DNA of 64,000 nucleotides from an uncultured bacterium. GTDB lineage: Bacteria; Muiribacteriota; UBA6191. The stretch covers positions 1,304 to 65,303 of the forward strand of contig CAZIKF010000026.1 of NCBI GenBank assembly GCA_964539825.1, written 5' to 3'. Both the position numbers and the translations under genes were made by a program. Below the pieces are notes generated by a model, which made no database searches, was not told where the DNA came from, and saw only the letters and a list, made by a program, of their open reading frames with translations. Of this stretch, positions 27,777-38,335 are shown piece by piece (position 1 is the first letter of the stretch; each line of letters opens with the position of its first letter).

Positions 27777-28448
27777 ATGCGTAAATTCCTTTTCTTATTG
27801 ATTCCCCTGACCGTGGTGATTCTCCTCTGGAATAGCGTTTTTCTATATCCACTCAAACTCTTAGTGGTTTTTTTTCACGAATCTTCCCATGCCCTGATGA
27901 CTATAATCACCGGGGGCAGGGTACATGAAATGGTGGTTAGCGCACTGCAAGGCGGTCATGTTAAATCCAGCGGCGGGATTCGATTTCTTACCCTGAGCGC
28001 CGGTTATCTTGGCTCCTTATGCTGGGGAGCATTGATTTATTTATTGGCAGCCTGCACAAGAAGAGATCGAGAAGTGATGTTTTCTCTGGGTCTGGTGGTG
28101 ACTGGATTGACTCTCTTCTATATGTCGCCCTTTAAGGGTGGTGTCGGGGCTAGCTGGGGGTATCTTTTTTGCCTTCTCACCGGCGTTTTCCTGGTATTTT
28201 CCGCCAGAAAGCTCAGCGATAGATTCAATGATATGCTCCTGCGGATCATTGGACTAACCTCTATGATATATGCACCATTAGACATCTACAGTGACGTATT
28301 GCTGCGGTCTTATCTTCGCTCAGACGCCCGTATGTTGGCAGAAGAAATCGGCGGAACAACAGTTTTTTGGGGCATCTCATGGGTGCTTATCAGCCTGGTG
28401 GTTGTAGCCCTTGTCGTTCGGGTAGGCTTGAAGAATGAGGCGGAATGA
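27777..28448 (+). CDS. M50B-family membrane metallopeptidase
   Basis: FHESSHA (HExxH), AGYLGS, YLRSDARML motifs, multiple TMs. Confidence 0.88.
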   Translation: MRKFLFLLIPLTVVILLWNSVFLYPLKLLVVFFHESSHALMTIITGGRVHEMVVSALQGGHVKSSGGIRFLTLSAGYLGSLCWGALIYLLAACTRRDREVMFSLGLVVTGLTLFYMSPFKGGVGASWGYLFCLLTGVFLVFSARKLSDRFNDMLLRIIGLTSMIYAPLDIYSDVLLRSYLRSDARMLAEEIGGTTVFWGISWVLISLVVVALVVRVGLKNEAE

Positions 28449-28575
28449 GCAAAGAATTAAGACAATAGTGCTCTGCCCTTATCTCATTTGATTCCTCTGA
28501 TTCTTGGAATCTATGATTCCACAATCAATTGGTTTAGGATGATTTTCCAAATTCTTTGAATAGGGAGGCGACTCA

Positions 28576-30180
28576 ATGAGCACTTCACAATTTGATGCCA
28601 TCATAATTGGTGCCGGGCATAATGGTCTGGTGACGGCTGGATATTTAGCCAAAGCAGGTCTGAAAGTCGCGGTGTTTGAGCGCAGAGAGGTTGTTGGGGG
28701 GTGTGCGGTAACGCAGGAGACCTGGCCGGGTTTTAAGGTGTCGAGCCTATCTTACGTGAATAGTCTGTTCAAACCAGAGATCGTTAAGGACCTGGAACTG
28801 AAAAAATTTGGATTTGAAATGCTGCCGAGAATACCTTCCAGTTTCTCTCCTTTTCCTGATGGACGTTATCTCATCCTGGGGCCGGACCAGAAGCAGAACC
28901 AGGAGCAAATCTCCAAGTTCAGCACCAAAGACGCAGCCCGCTATCCTGAGTATGAAGCCGGTCTGGATGAACTTTCCGGGATCCTGGAACCAATGATGGA
29001 TCTTATCCCCCCCAATCCTGGAAAGCTTAGCCTTTCCGATTTAAGCACCTACGGTCTCTTTGCATTGAAGCGTAGAAAAGAGTTGGCCCAGGGGTGGGAT
29101 CGCATCGTGAGAATTATGTCCGGGTCAGCCACGGATTTTCTGAATCAGTGGTTTGAGAGTGAAGAACTAAAGGTAACCCTGGCAACAGACGCCGTAATAG
29201 GAGCTAATGCCAGCCCGAGTATGCCCGGTACGGCTTATGTGCTTTTTCATCATGTGATGGGAGAGTGTAATGGTGTACGAGGTGTGTGGGGATACATGCG
29301 TGGCGGGATGGGGGGATTAAGTGAAAGCCTGGCAAGTTCTTGCCGCTCCAGAGGCGTGGAGATTTTTACCGGTAAAGGTGTAGGAAAAATCCTTACTCAA
29401 GGTGGACGAGCCACCGGGGTCTGTGATTCTGAGGGAAATGAGTTCAGGGCTAAAATGGTGATTTCCAACGCCGATCCAAATGTAACCTTTCGCAAATTAA
29501 TGCAAAGAGATGAATTGCCTGCGGAGTTTCTCAGCCAGGTGGAAGGGATCAACTACGACAGTGCCTCTGTAAAAATTAATCTTGCCCTTGGGGAGCTTCC
29601 CGATTTCAAGGCATGTCCAGGAAAGACCCCATCTGCATGGCACAAGGGAACAATCCATCTCTGCCCATCTCTTCAGTACCTCGAGGATGCTTATGCAGAT
29701 TCCGTGGCGGGTAGACCCTCTCAGGCTCCTATTCTTGAGTGCACGATCCCCAGCGTACTTGATAATACACTTGCGCCGGAGGGTAAGCACATCATGAATA
29801 TTTTCTCCCAATACGGCCCCTATTCTCTGAGAGAAGGACTGGATTGGAAAGAAGAGAAGGAGAAGTATGCCGATCGGGTTATGAAAATTCTCTACGAGTA
29901 CGCGCCCAATCTTCGCTCTGCGGTATTACACCGAGAAGTAATCACACCACTAGATCTGGAACAGGAATATTCCCTGACGGGAGGCAATCTTTTCCATGGG
30001 AGAATGACTCTCGACCAGATGTTTTTTATGAGACCTGTTCCCGGATACGCCGATCACCGTACTCCTGTGCGAGGTCTGTATATGTGTGGGAGTGGGACTC
30101 ATCCTGGAGGAGGCGTGATGGGAACTCCTGGAAAGAATGCGAGCAGGGTGATTTTACAGGACTTTCGCAAGGGGATATAA
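28576..30180 (+). CDS. Phytoene dehydrogenase-family FAD oxidoreductase (PYROXD2-like)
   Basis: IIIGAGHNGL Rossmann motif, GGMGGLS, YMCGSGTHPGGGVMG. Confidence 0.9.
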   Translation: MSTSQFDAIIIGAGHNGLVTAGYLAKAGLKVAVFERREVVGGCAVTQETWPGFKVSSLSYVNSLFKPEIVKDLELKKFGFEMLPRIPSSFSPFPDGRYLILGPDQKQNQEQISKFSTKDAARYPEYEAGLDELSGILEPMMDLIPPNPGKLSLSDLSTYGLFALKRRKELAQGWDRIVRIMSGSATDFLNQWFESEELKVTLATDAVIGANASPSMPGTAYVLFHHVMGECNGVRGVWGYMRGGMGGLSESLASSCRSRGVEIFTGKGVGKILTQGGRATGVCDSEGNEFRAKMVISNADPNVTFRKLMQRDELPAEFLSQVEGINYDSASVKINLALGELPDFKACPGKTPSAWHKGTIHLCPSLQYLEDAYADSVAGRPSQAPILECTIPSVLDNTLAPEGKHIMNIFSQYGPYSLREGLDWKEEKEKYADRVMKILYEYAPNLRSAVLHREVITPLDLEQEYSLTGGNLFHGRMTLDQMFFMRPVPGYADHRTPVRGLYMCGSGTHPGGGVMGTPGKNASRVILQDFRKGI

Positions 30181-30192
30181 GGTCCTGAATCC

Positions 30193-33100
30193 ATGAAAAT
30201 TCATCTTTTCAATGGGCTTAAGCGTGTCCATGAGTTAAGGGAAAGATGCCTTCGCAACGGAGGTCAATATAAGGGCATTGATCTTGAGACTCTTCATCAA
30301 TTAGAGAAAATACTCCTGGATCAGCTTCCCCGGATTTCAGCGTCAGGTTCTACCGACAAAGAGAGGGAGGAAATAGGCCAGCTCCTGCAGGAGAATTTAT
30401 CTGCCTATGGGCACCAGCCACCAGTTTTTTCCCATATTCTGGAAGTATTGTACCCCGAGCCAGGGAGCCGTATTCCACCTGCTCAAACTCCACCTGCTGA
30501 GGCAATACTTCCCCACTCTGGCGTACCCATTCCTCCGGTGAGCTCGCCCAGGTTAAAAGAAGAAGCTCAAAAGGAGCCTGATAAATCCTCAGGAGTCTTA
30601 GAGAAGGTCTGGGAGACATTTCGAGATGAATTAAGCGTGAATTGGTTCTTGTTTTTGGGAGCGTTTCTACTCTTTGGAGCTGGAATCTTCTACACCTTGT
30701 TCTGGTGGCAGCAATTTCAATCCCTCGAACAGTTTATGTTAACCCTTTGCGGGCTCTTGCTTGTTGCGTCTATGGAATGGGGGCTTCGCAAGGGTATGAA
30801 TCTTATCCAGTCACCACGCATCTTCGCTGGAATTTTATGCTTTTCCTTTCCTATGGTGCTCTCGGTTCATCTGGCCCTGGATCCCCTATACTTTTTCATC
30901 ACCCTGGGCGGCTCTCTCTTTCTTTTGGAGCCGTTACGAAGGCATTATGCCCCGGACTTCAAACGGCTCCTGCCAGCCTACTTGTTATTGTGCCTCCTGT
31001 TCCCTTTGACCAGCCTGGTTACCTATAAGTTTCAATCCCTCTTACTCATAGGTTCCGGCTCCTTGTTTATATGGCTGATTTTCTTACTCCAAAAGGGAGT
31101 ACAAAGGCTGCCATGGACCCTGTTTCTCTCTTTGTCGTGGACCCTGTTTTGTGCTTACTTACCTGTTCTGGACCCTGTCAGCAGCGGGGGAATTCTCTAT
31201 CTTTTCATCTTGGCCAGAGTTCTGTTTCCTCGTTTGGAAAATAGTGCCCATCTCTCTTTTATCTACGGAGCTTATGGTTTGAATCTGGCAGTTTGTCTGG
31301 TAGCGGGCTCTCATGCTTTGCTCTATGCAAGTTCCTTATTTCTTGTCTATGCCATTCATCGAGCAAATCGTTTTGATACCCACCCGCTCAGATCTTTGCT
31401 TGGTCTGGGCCTTGGTTCGATACTATGGTTTTTGCTGCCATCTTTTTTAGAACTTTTAAGTATCCAACCTTCGATTCAGCAAAGACTATTCGTACTACCC
31501 TTTCTCATTTGGTTCCAGATTTTTTGGTGTAGGCGCTGGGGTGTTGAAGGGATCTCACAAATCTTGGTTTTTACCTGGTTTCTTTTACTTGGAGTTTTCG
31601 ACTACCAGGAAGGCTTACGAGTTCATTGCGCCATTTTTGCCGCTGGACTTTTCCTTGTCCGCCAAAAGGATCGCCGTCCCCTGATCGATTTGGAAATCGG
31701 ACTTATTCTGGCCAGGGGTTGTTTCAGGGAGTTAAGTCCTGGATTCGCGTTTGAGACTCTCACAGGGATTTTTCTCTGTTTGGCCTGCCTTCCCTTTGCA
31801 AGGAATCGTAGTTGGAATCCAATGTCACGGCTAGCGTTGGTTCTCTGCTTCTTAGGCTCAATGAAAGCCTTCTGGCACTTTATCTCTATAGGCCCATCCA
31901 TTGACTGGCTCTTTTGGTTTTCCGCTTTCCCGGGAAGGCAAATTGTCTTACCTGAACACCTCGTCCTAAAGCTGGTAATTTTCACTATCACCAGCTTTTT
32001 ACTGATCGTTTTGGAGAGGCGCTATCTGGCGCAATTCTTACACTTTTTCGTCTTGGAAACCACGGCACTAATCATTCTACAGTGGCTGAGGCCCGAATTC
32101 GGTTTTGAGTTTGGTTTTCTCTTTGCGCAGGTTTTTATTCTGATCTGGATGCATCCCTGTTGGATTCGTAAATTTTCTGGGATACGCCCCGGGGAATCAA
32201 CCCTGGTGGACTCAATACAAAGTTATTTAGTGCTCCTTGTATTTGTAGGCTCCTTACCAGGACTTTTGCTTAGTTCAGTCTATGCCTTGCCTTCTCTATT
32301 GTTGGCAAAAGCCTACCATCGGGCTCAAATTTTCTATGCCAGTCTCGGATTGTTTTTGCTCTCCTTATTGGGTTTACGCGAAGATCTGGTTCTTAGCTCG
32401 TCCCTCTCCAAAATCTCTACGCTGCCGGCCATGTTTAATCATCCCGAATCGATTTTGGCTTCCTTTCGGTCGGGAGGAATTCCCCTGTGGATTTGCTGCG
32501 TGATCTCTGCCTTGTTTCTGCTAGGAGCGTCTAAAAATACCTGGACCCGGTTTTTGGTCAAAACGCCTTTCTGGCTCCCGGGTGATCTTAGAATTCCAGC
32601 GATTGGCTTCGCCTGTTTGGCACTTCCATTCTGGCTCTTCCATCTTTCTTCACCGGGACTCAATGTTGCGATCCTATCCCTCATGATGCTATTGGGGCTC
32701 ATAGGCGCCTTCATGCTGATCTTGGATTTGGAATTGGCGGGTCTTCTGCTCATACCGGTTTGGCTCGGCTTCCTGTGGCATGGTCCCCTGGATGGTGATG
32801 GCAGGTTGGTTGAAGTCGTGATCTCGCTGCTTCTCTTTCTCATCCTCAGTTCCCGTTTTTTTGCCACCGATTCATCCTGGAAGCTTCTTAGCCTGGCTGG
32901 ATTTTTATCCCTTTTTGTGGTCACCACTGAAGCCATTGTGAACTTTGTCCAGCAGAATCTTCAAATCCAGTGGATTCTGGCTCTACTCGTCCTTGGAGCT
33001 TACCTCTACTCCCTACGCATAAGAGCGGTATGGGGAACCGGTTTGATCATGCTGTGCGGGATTTTAATCAATACCATCCAGTTTAGTTATTGGGGTCCTT

Positions 33101-34107
33101 TTCTTTTGATTGCGGGAACGGTCCTACTGCTTACCTCTCTTGGGGATAGACGATGGCTATGGGAAGGGCTGGGATCTTTGATTCTAATCTCCATACCGTT
33201 GTATCTCATCTCAGGAGATACTGGAGACGCCCTGCTTAGCCTGGGATGTCTTTCAGGCTTCTTTTTCATGCATGCTCGAGTAAAAGGGTGGGGAAACCTG
33301 GTTTATCTCTCGGCCGCTCTGTTCGCAATGGACTATTTCTTTCTAAAACACCTGGGATTCATTCAACCCTCCGGTTATTCCTCGCTTGTTCTCCTGGGGT
33401 TGGCCCTGGGACTTGAGTATCTTTCAAGAAGGCTTCCAGAGTCCTTTGATGTTTACCGGCATCCTTTTGAAATTCTGGCCAGAATTCTCCCTCTTATCAG
33501 TGTTTTTAAGGAATTCAGCGAGTCTTCAAACCCGTGGATATTTCTTGCAGCGGGCCTTGTTTATGAGTTTCTTCAGGATACCAGCACTCTTTCTTATTCC
33601 CGCCTTCTAGGCCTGGCCTGCTATAACCTGGCTCTATATACCCTGGCTGGAAACCATGATCTCTTTTTGGAGTTGATAACCGCCTCCATGGGCTTTTCAA
33701 TTCTATGGTATGCCCGTTGTATTGAAAGCAAAGTTGATAAATCCCGGCTTCAGGGCTTGAAGGTAGTCGGGAACTTTCTATTCTACTCAGGAGCTCTTTA
33801 TGAGCTTGTCTTTCGTACACAATCCGAACATCTCTTCTTCTTGTGGGGTCTTTGTATCCTGGGAGGCTGGCTGGCTATCTATCTTCAAGCAAGGTTGCAG
33901 CTTTTTTCCACCCTTCTGGTGTTTTTCTTTTCGGTAATCTTTTTCGTGATTCGACAGGTTCTGCTACAGGTCTCAACGGGAATCCTTGGAATCGCGATTC
34001 TGGGTGCCATACTCCTTGTCATAGGCGTGATTCTTGAAAAAAATAAACAGGTTCTACTGTCTTGGATTCAAAAATGGAAGGCACGCTTCCGAACTTGGAA
34101 AGATTGA
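30193..34107 (+). CDS. Very large polytopic membrane protein (DUF2157-like)
   Basis: Soluble Pro-rich N-terminus, then NWFLFLGAFLLFGAGI and roughly 1150 aa of TM helices. Confidence 0.75.
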   Translation: MKIHLFNGLKRVHELRERCLRNGGQYKGIDLETLHQLEKILLDQLPRISASGSTDKEREEIGQLLQENLSAYGHQPPVFSHILEVLYPEPGSRIPPAQTPPAEAILPHSGVPIPPVSSPRLKEEAQKEPDKSSGVLEKVWETFRDELSVNWFLFLGAFLLFGAGIFYTLFWWQQFQSLEQFMLTLCGLLLVASMEWGLRKGMNLIQSPRIFAGILCFSFPMVLSVHLALDPLYFFITLGGSLFLLEPLRRHYAPDFKRLLPAYLLLCLLFPLTSLVTYKFQSLLLIGSGSLFIWLIFLLQKGVQRLPWTLFLSLSWTLFCAYLPVLDPVSSGGILYLFILARVLFPRLENSAHLSFIYGAYGLNLAVCLVAGSHALLYASSLFLVYAIHRANRFDTHPLRSLLGLGLGSILWFLLPSFLELLSIQPSIQQRLFVLPFLIWFQIFWCRRWGVEGISQILVFTWFLLLGVFDYQEGLRVHCAIFAAGLFLVRQKDRRPLIDLEIGLILARGCFRELSPGFAFETLTGIFLCLACLPFARNRSWNPMSRLALVLCFLGSMKAFWHFISIGPSIDWLFWFSAFPGRQIVLPEHLVLKLVIFTITSFLLIVLERRYLAQFLHFFVLETTALIILQWLRPEFGFEFGFLFAQVFILIWMHPCWIRKFSGIRPGESTLVDSIQSYLVLLVFVGSLPGLLLSSVYALPSLLLAKAYHRAQIFYASLGLFLLSLLGLREDLVLSSSLSKISTLPAMFNHPESILASFRSGGIPLWICCVISALFLLGASKNTWTRFLVKTPFWLPGDLRIPAIGFACLALPFWLFHLSSPGLNVAILSLMMLLGLIGAFMLILDLELAGLLLIPVWLGFLWHGPLDGDGRLVEVVISLLLFLILSSRFFATDSSWKLLSLAGFLSLFVVTTEAIVNFVQQNLQIQWILALLVLGAYLYSLRIRAVWGTGLIMLCGILINTIQFSYWGPFLLIAGTVLLLTSLGDRRWLWEGLGSLILISIPLYLISGDTGDALLSLGCLSGFFFMHARVKGWGNLVYLSAALFAMDYFFLKHLGFIQPSGYSSLVLLGLALGLEYLSRRLPESFDVYRHPFEILARILPLISVFKEFSESSNPWIFLAAGLVYEFLQDTSTLSYSRLLGLACYNLALYTLAGNHDLFLELITASMGFSILWYARCIESKVDKSRLQGLKVVGNFLFYSGALYELVFRTQSEHLFFLWGLCILGGWLAIYLQARLQLFSTLLVFFFSVIFFVIRQVLLQVSTGILGIAILGAILLVIGVILEKNKQVLLSWIQKWKARFRTWKD

Positions 34108-34114
34108 TACTCAA

Positions 34115-34687
34115 ATGTCCATTGAGGCTCCTTTTCTTTCTGGCTTAATTGACCGTAAAGTTTGGCGTGATGTGGGCCCGGCGGTGCTGGGTTTAGCGTT
34201 GCCAACTTCTGTTTTCTTCACCCTTAGCTATATCTTTTACCAGTTATCTTACTGGCTCAGCTTCGGGATGGATCAGTTCATGAGGATCCTACCCCCTCTC
34301 CTTCAACTTTTCTTTTTGGGGATAGGGTCCCTGACGGTGCTGCTGTCTTGTACTTTGGCACTTGTTTGTATTTTCTATACATACAGGCAGGAAAAAGCTC
34401 CCTTCGAGGCTTGGTTTTCGTCGTGTCTGGAGCACAAATTTACGTTAGCTTTTTGTTTGTCCAGTGTTCTAGTTCTAATCAGCTTACTTGGAATCATCCA
34501 TGCGGAACACATATTGAATGATGACAAATTTAAGAGATGTGTGATTAAAGTCTATGGAAGGGTCTATCGTACTAAGATGCAGTTTTTGGGATCCTGCGGC
34601 GGAATCTTCTATTTCTATGATGGAAAAGAGCCCATCTCTCTTCTGGGAGTACCCCGGAATCAGATTCAATACGTAAGATTCCTGTGA
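34115..34687 (+). CDS. Hypothetical membrane protein
   Basis: Within ORF 34034..34687; ATG 34115 follows the upstream stop; three TM segments. Confidence 0.6.
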   Translation: MSIEAPFLSGLIDRKVWRDVGPAVLGLALPTSVFFTLSYIFYQLSYWLSFGMDQFMRILPPLLQLFFLGIGSLTVLLSCTLALVCIFYTYRQEKAPFEAWFSSCLEHKFTLAFCLSSVLVLISLLGIIHAEHILNDDKFKRCVIKVYGRVYRTKMQFLGSCGGIFYFYDGKEPISLLGVPRNQIQYVRFL

Positions 34688-34693
34688 TTATGG

Positions 34694-35803
34694 CTAGTTA
34701 ATCTTGTAATTTATGATTACAGGGTAATGGTCAGAGGGAAATCGATCGGAGTTGAAAATCTCTACCTCTCCATTAGAGCCAATCACGACTCTTTCGTCCT
34801 CGGGACGAAATTCTTCTGACGGAACATCACCTGAGTGTGTCTGATCGATATATACGTCCTTGCTTCTGTCCTTTACCCAGGGGGAAGCGAAGATATAGTC
34901 AATGCGTGAATAGAAGGTACCCAGGTAGCGGAATTTGTTTCCCGCCTTTAAGAATTTCTGGTGTTTGTAGGTGAAATTATCCTTACGCGAATAATCCACT
35001 AGCAAGTCATAGAAAAGGACCTGCGACTTTGCGTCATAATCATATTCATAGCGGCTTTCGCCCGTAACCATTTTAATTACCGCTGAGGGATTAATATCGT
35101 TGAAATCACCCAGGAGAAAGATTTTCTTCTTTCCCGCCTGGAGAATCTCATCCATGCGCTGGCGCAGTGTGTTTGCCTGCGCGATGCGCTTCATATCAGA
35201 AGTGAAGCCACCGAGTTGTGATTTGAGATGAACTACAAGAAAGGTTAGAACTTCATTGGTTGCCTTCACCTTCAGGGAGACTTCCAGAATTCCTTTGGTC
35301 AAGGTCTGATCTTTGACAAGCACTTTGCCCTTGCGATCTAAAAGGTTTGCGGAATACCTAAGATTGGATCGTAGCTTAGATGCCTGGGCCAGTACAGTAC
35401 GATCATAAAGAAGGGCTACATCCTGACCGGTGAACGAGTCTCTACTCTCGTAATGGAGAATATTATAGTTCCGGTTCAAATAGGTATTTAGATCTTTGAG
35501 CACCCTGAGGTTTTCAACTTCCTGAAGACCTACGACATCGGGTGAGTTTCGATTGATTGCATCGGCAATTCCTTTGAGTTTAGCCGTGTAATCAGAGGGT
35601 TTAAACTCCTGGTCTTTTTCTACGTTGGGGTCGTCTTCCATGTCATAGAGAAAGTAGGTATTGAAATTCATGATTCGAAGACCTTTGGAGGTAGGGGTAT
35701 CCGGATAAAGATTTTCAAAGACTCCAACTGGAGACTTGGCCATGGAGGTGGCACTCACACAAAGCGTTAATAAGAACGGGAGCAATTTCATGGAAAATTC
35801 CAA
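34694..35803 (-). CDS. Secreted endonuclease/exonuclease/phosphatase-family protein
   Basis: Signal peptide; MNFN, GLQEVE, VVHLKS, LGDFND, RIDYIF, SDHYPV motifs. Confidence 0.92.
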   Translation of the reverse strand: MEFSMKLLPFLLTLCVSATSMAKSPVGVFENLYPDTPTSKGLRIMNFNTYFLYDMEDDPNVEKDQEFKPSDYTAKLKGIADAINRNSPDVVGLQEVENLRVLKDLNTYLNRNYNILHYESRDSFTGQDVALLYDRTVLAQASKLRSNLRYSANLLDRKGKVLVKDQTLTKGILEVSLKVKATNEVLTFLVVHLKSQLGGFTSDMKRIAQANTLRQRMDEILQAGKKKIFLLGDFNDINPSAVIKMVTGESRYEYDYDAKSQVLFYDLLVDYSRKDNFTYKHQKFLKAGNKFRYLGTFYSRIDYIFASPWVKDRSKDVYIDQTHSGDVPSEEFRPEDERVVIGSNGEVEIFNSDRFPSDHYPVIINYKIN

Positions 35804-35834
35804 TCTTTCCTACGTAAGGATAGGATAAGGCTCA

Positions 35835-35862
35835 ATTCTAAAAGAGTACGAGCATGTGTCAA
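35835..35862 (-). promoter_or_regulatory. Sigma70-type promoter for the EEP nuclease gene
   Basis: Minus strand TTGACA-16 nt-TAGAAT. Confidence 0.7.
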
Positions 35863-35952
35863 CCCTCTTGAGGGGGTGATTCATGGTCTTTAGCGAGTCT
35901 AAGACGAACTCCAGCCAGGCAGCTCTTTGATTGTAGCGAGGTTCAATTTGTT

Positions 35953-36837
35953 CTAATGAACTGCTGCTGGGACCTTTGCCGCACAGCGAAACCCAAGGGT
36001 GTCGGCACGGTGAAGACTCGCCCCGGCTCTACGAAAGCTCCCCCGTTGGTATCCCGGAAACCGTACCCTGAAATGAGCGCCCTTTATGATTCGAAAGTCC
36101 GAATCACTGGGAGAAATATAGTTTCTGCTTTTGCGTTTAGACTCTTCTGTTTTATTAAGAACTCGGGGTAAAAGATTTCCGTCATCATCAACTTTCGCGC
36201 TATCCAGTATCCATTCAGAGACATTGCCACTCATTGAATAGACACCCTGTGAACTGATTGAGACGTTGGCCGTAAGGCTGGTTAAAGCAGGTGAGGATCG
36301 GTCAACAGGATAGGAGATTTGAAAAGCGGTGAGTGTTCTGGAGGGTGATGAGAGCAAGGAATTGCCCCAGGGATATGTCATGGAGAGAGGGCCTCGCAGA
36401 GCATATTCCCACTGAGCCTCGGTGGGTAGGTCCATCCCTAGCCATTGGCAATAGGTGCGAGCTTCCATCCAGTTAACTGAAGTCATAGGTAAACCTGCCT
36501 GCGGGAGGTAGGCCAGGTTTTGGGTAATAGCTAAAGGACAGGCACCTGCTTTCTGACAGGTAGCGTACTGGCTTCGACTGACCTCAAAACGATCTATCCA
36601 GAAGGTACTCATTTGCACGAGCAAGGAGGGCTTTTCCTCGCGATTATGCAAAGAATCATGGGAGCCAAAGAAAAACTCCCCAGGGGGTACACTGGTCATC
36701 ACCATTGAGTCCCCTGAACGCAGTAATAAGGATTCCTCAGGGCTAGAAGACAGAATTTTGACTGCTGAAGATTCGCAGCCAATTCTGGCAATTCTCAAAA
36801 AGGGGAGGAGTAGAAGGAGCACTATCGCTGGTTTCAC
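35953..36837 (-). CDS. Formylglycine-generating enzyme (SUMF1/EgtB/PvdO) domain protein
   Basis: FWIDRFEVS, RLPTEAEWE-like DLPTEAQWEYA, YPWG, MSGNVSEW, GFRC. Confidence 0.88.
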   Translation of the reverse strand: MKPAIVLLLLLPFLRIARIGCESSAVKILSSSPEESLLLRSGDSMVMTSVPPGEFFFGSHDSLHNREEKPSLLVQMSTFWIDRFEVSRSQYATCQKAGACPLAITQNLAYLPQAGLPMTSVNWMEARTYCQWLGMDLPTEAQWEYALRGPLSMTYPWGNSLLSSPSRTLTAFQISYPVDRSSPALTSLTANVSISSQGVYSMSGNVSEWILDSAKVDDDGNLLPRVLNKTEESKRKSRNYISPSDSDFRIIKGAHFRVRFPGYQRGSFRRAGASLHRADTLGFRCAAKVPAAVH

Positions 36838-36968
36838 GGGTGCATTTTAACAAAACCCACGATATATTGAATGTTTTAGTAGTTAGTTGTCAGGACCAAG
36901 TTTTTCTGACTCGATAGCTCTCAGGACCTTGGCTGGTTCTTTTGTTCGGAATTTCACAGGGAGTGAAA

Positions 36969-37430
36969 ATGTTTATTCGATGGTTTGTTTTTTTATGGCT
37001 GGTTGGTTTCAATTTCGGATTTGATGGCCCTAAAGAAGCCTTCCTGCACTTTGAAATGGGTAATTATTTCTTGAAGGGGCAGGATTGGAAAAACGCTCTA
37101 AAGTTTTATGAAAAAGCAGAAGGAAATCTAGGGTTCGCGGATTTGGATATCGTCTTATGCCGCAATTTGGCAACGGTTCATCTTATGCTGGAAAATAAGG
37201 GGAAATCCCTGGTCACCCTCGGACGTTGCATTCAAAAAATACCTTACCCAAAAATTGAAAATTCCCAGCCTCTTAGAGAGGTTTACCAAATGTATGCCCA
37301 ATTAAAGGCGGATGAAATCAATCCTAAAATCTTAAATCTGCGCAGAAACATGGTCCGCGAGCGGGCAGAAGCTTATAGGAAGCAAGAAAAAACCACTACC
37401 GGTCCAAAATTTGGATTTCAAAAGAAATGA
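36969..37430 (+). CDS. Exported TPR-repeat protein
   Basis: Signal-like N-terminus, HFEMGNYFLKGQDWKNALKFYEKA TPR; ORF track start 36942. Confidence 0.65.
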   Translation: MFIRWFVFLWLVGFNFGFDGPKEAFLHFEMGNYFLKGQDWKNALKFYEKAEGNLGFADLDIVLCRNLATVHLMLENKGKSLVTLGRCIQKIPYPKIENSQPLREVYQMYAQLKADEINPKILNLRRNMVRERAEAYRKQEKTTTGPKFGFQKK

Positions 37431-37437
37431 GAAAATC

Positions 37438-38034
37438 ATGTTAGAAAATTCTTCATCTCAATCCGCGCTCAACGGGCTTGCCGAAGCCGGAAAAATATTG
37501 CAGGAATTTCTTAGCCAGGAAGACCTCGGTACAAAGTTTGAATTGGCGGTTGAAATTCTCGTGAACGCTTTTGAAAAGGAGCTTCCAGTATTGTCTTGCG
37601 GTAATGGGGGCTCCACTTGTGACGCGATGCACTTTGCGGAGGAGTTTACCGGCCGTTACCGTAAGAACAGGCGCCCATTACCCGCTCTTTCAATCTCCGA
37701 TCCTTCACATTTGACCTGTGTTGCCAACGACTTTGGCTATGAAGATGTGTTTTCAAGGCAGGTAGATGCCTTTGGGAAAGAGGGAGGAGCTCTGTTAGCA
37801 ATCTCAACGAGCGGAAATTCAAAGAATATCCTTAAAGCCATTCAAGCGGCACAGGTAAAGAAGGTAAAGGTGATCGGATTAAGCGGCCCCACCGGCGGAG
37901 AGATGTTGAATGGTTGTGATGTTTGCTTTCAGGTACCCACAAAGAAAACAGAGCGGATTCAGGAAGTACACATCAAAATCATACATAACCTGATTGAGGC
38001 AGTGGAGCGACATCTTTTTCCGGAATTATATTAA
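37438..38034 (+). CDS. gmhA: D-sedoheptulose-7-phosphate isomerase
   Basis: CGNGGSTCDAMHFAEEFTGRY, ISTSGNSKNI, RIQEVH; ORF track start 37411. Confidence 0.93.
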   Translation: MLENSSSQSALNGLAEAGKILQEFLSQEDLGTKFELAVEILVNAFEKELPVLSCGNGGSTCDAMHFAEEFTGRYRKNRRPLPALSISDPSHLTCVANDFGYEDVFSRQVDAFGKEGGALLAISTSGNSKNILKAIQAAQVKKVKVIGLSGPTGGEMLNGCDVCFQVPTKKTERIQEVHIKIIHNLIEAVERHLFPELY

Positions 38035-38335
38035 TCAAGGCGCAAAAACCCACTCGGGGAGTCCGTCTCAACTTGATTCTACAAAAAAGAAAGAATTCTA
38101 ATCAAAACTGTCTACTTTCTTACTGGTTCCTATAAGATAAAGTTATGGACGAAAAAGATGAGGATAAAAGAAGCTTTGTCAGCATAGGGGAATCGGGGAA
38201 TCTACTACGCCCTTTGACCCAAATTGAATTTCAGGGCATTCAACTCAGTTCGAATCACTCGAGTCTCTACCAGCGTTGGGAAATTTGCGATTCCAGACAT
38301 AAGGAAGAAAAGAGTGACCCCGGCAAAGGATAGCC

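Noticed and set aside
38145-38333. 62-aa ORF upstream of the LbH acetyltransferase
   Set aside because: No recognisable motif or convincing RBS; may be real but cannot be supported.
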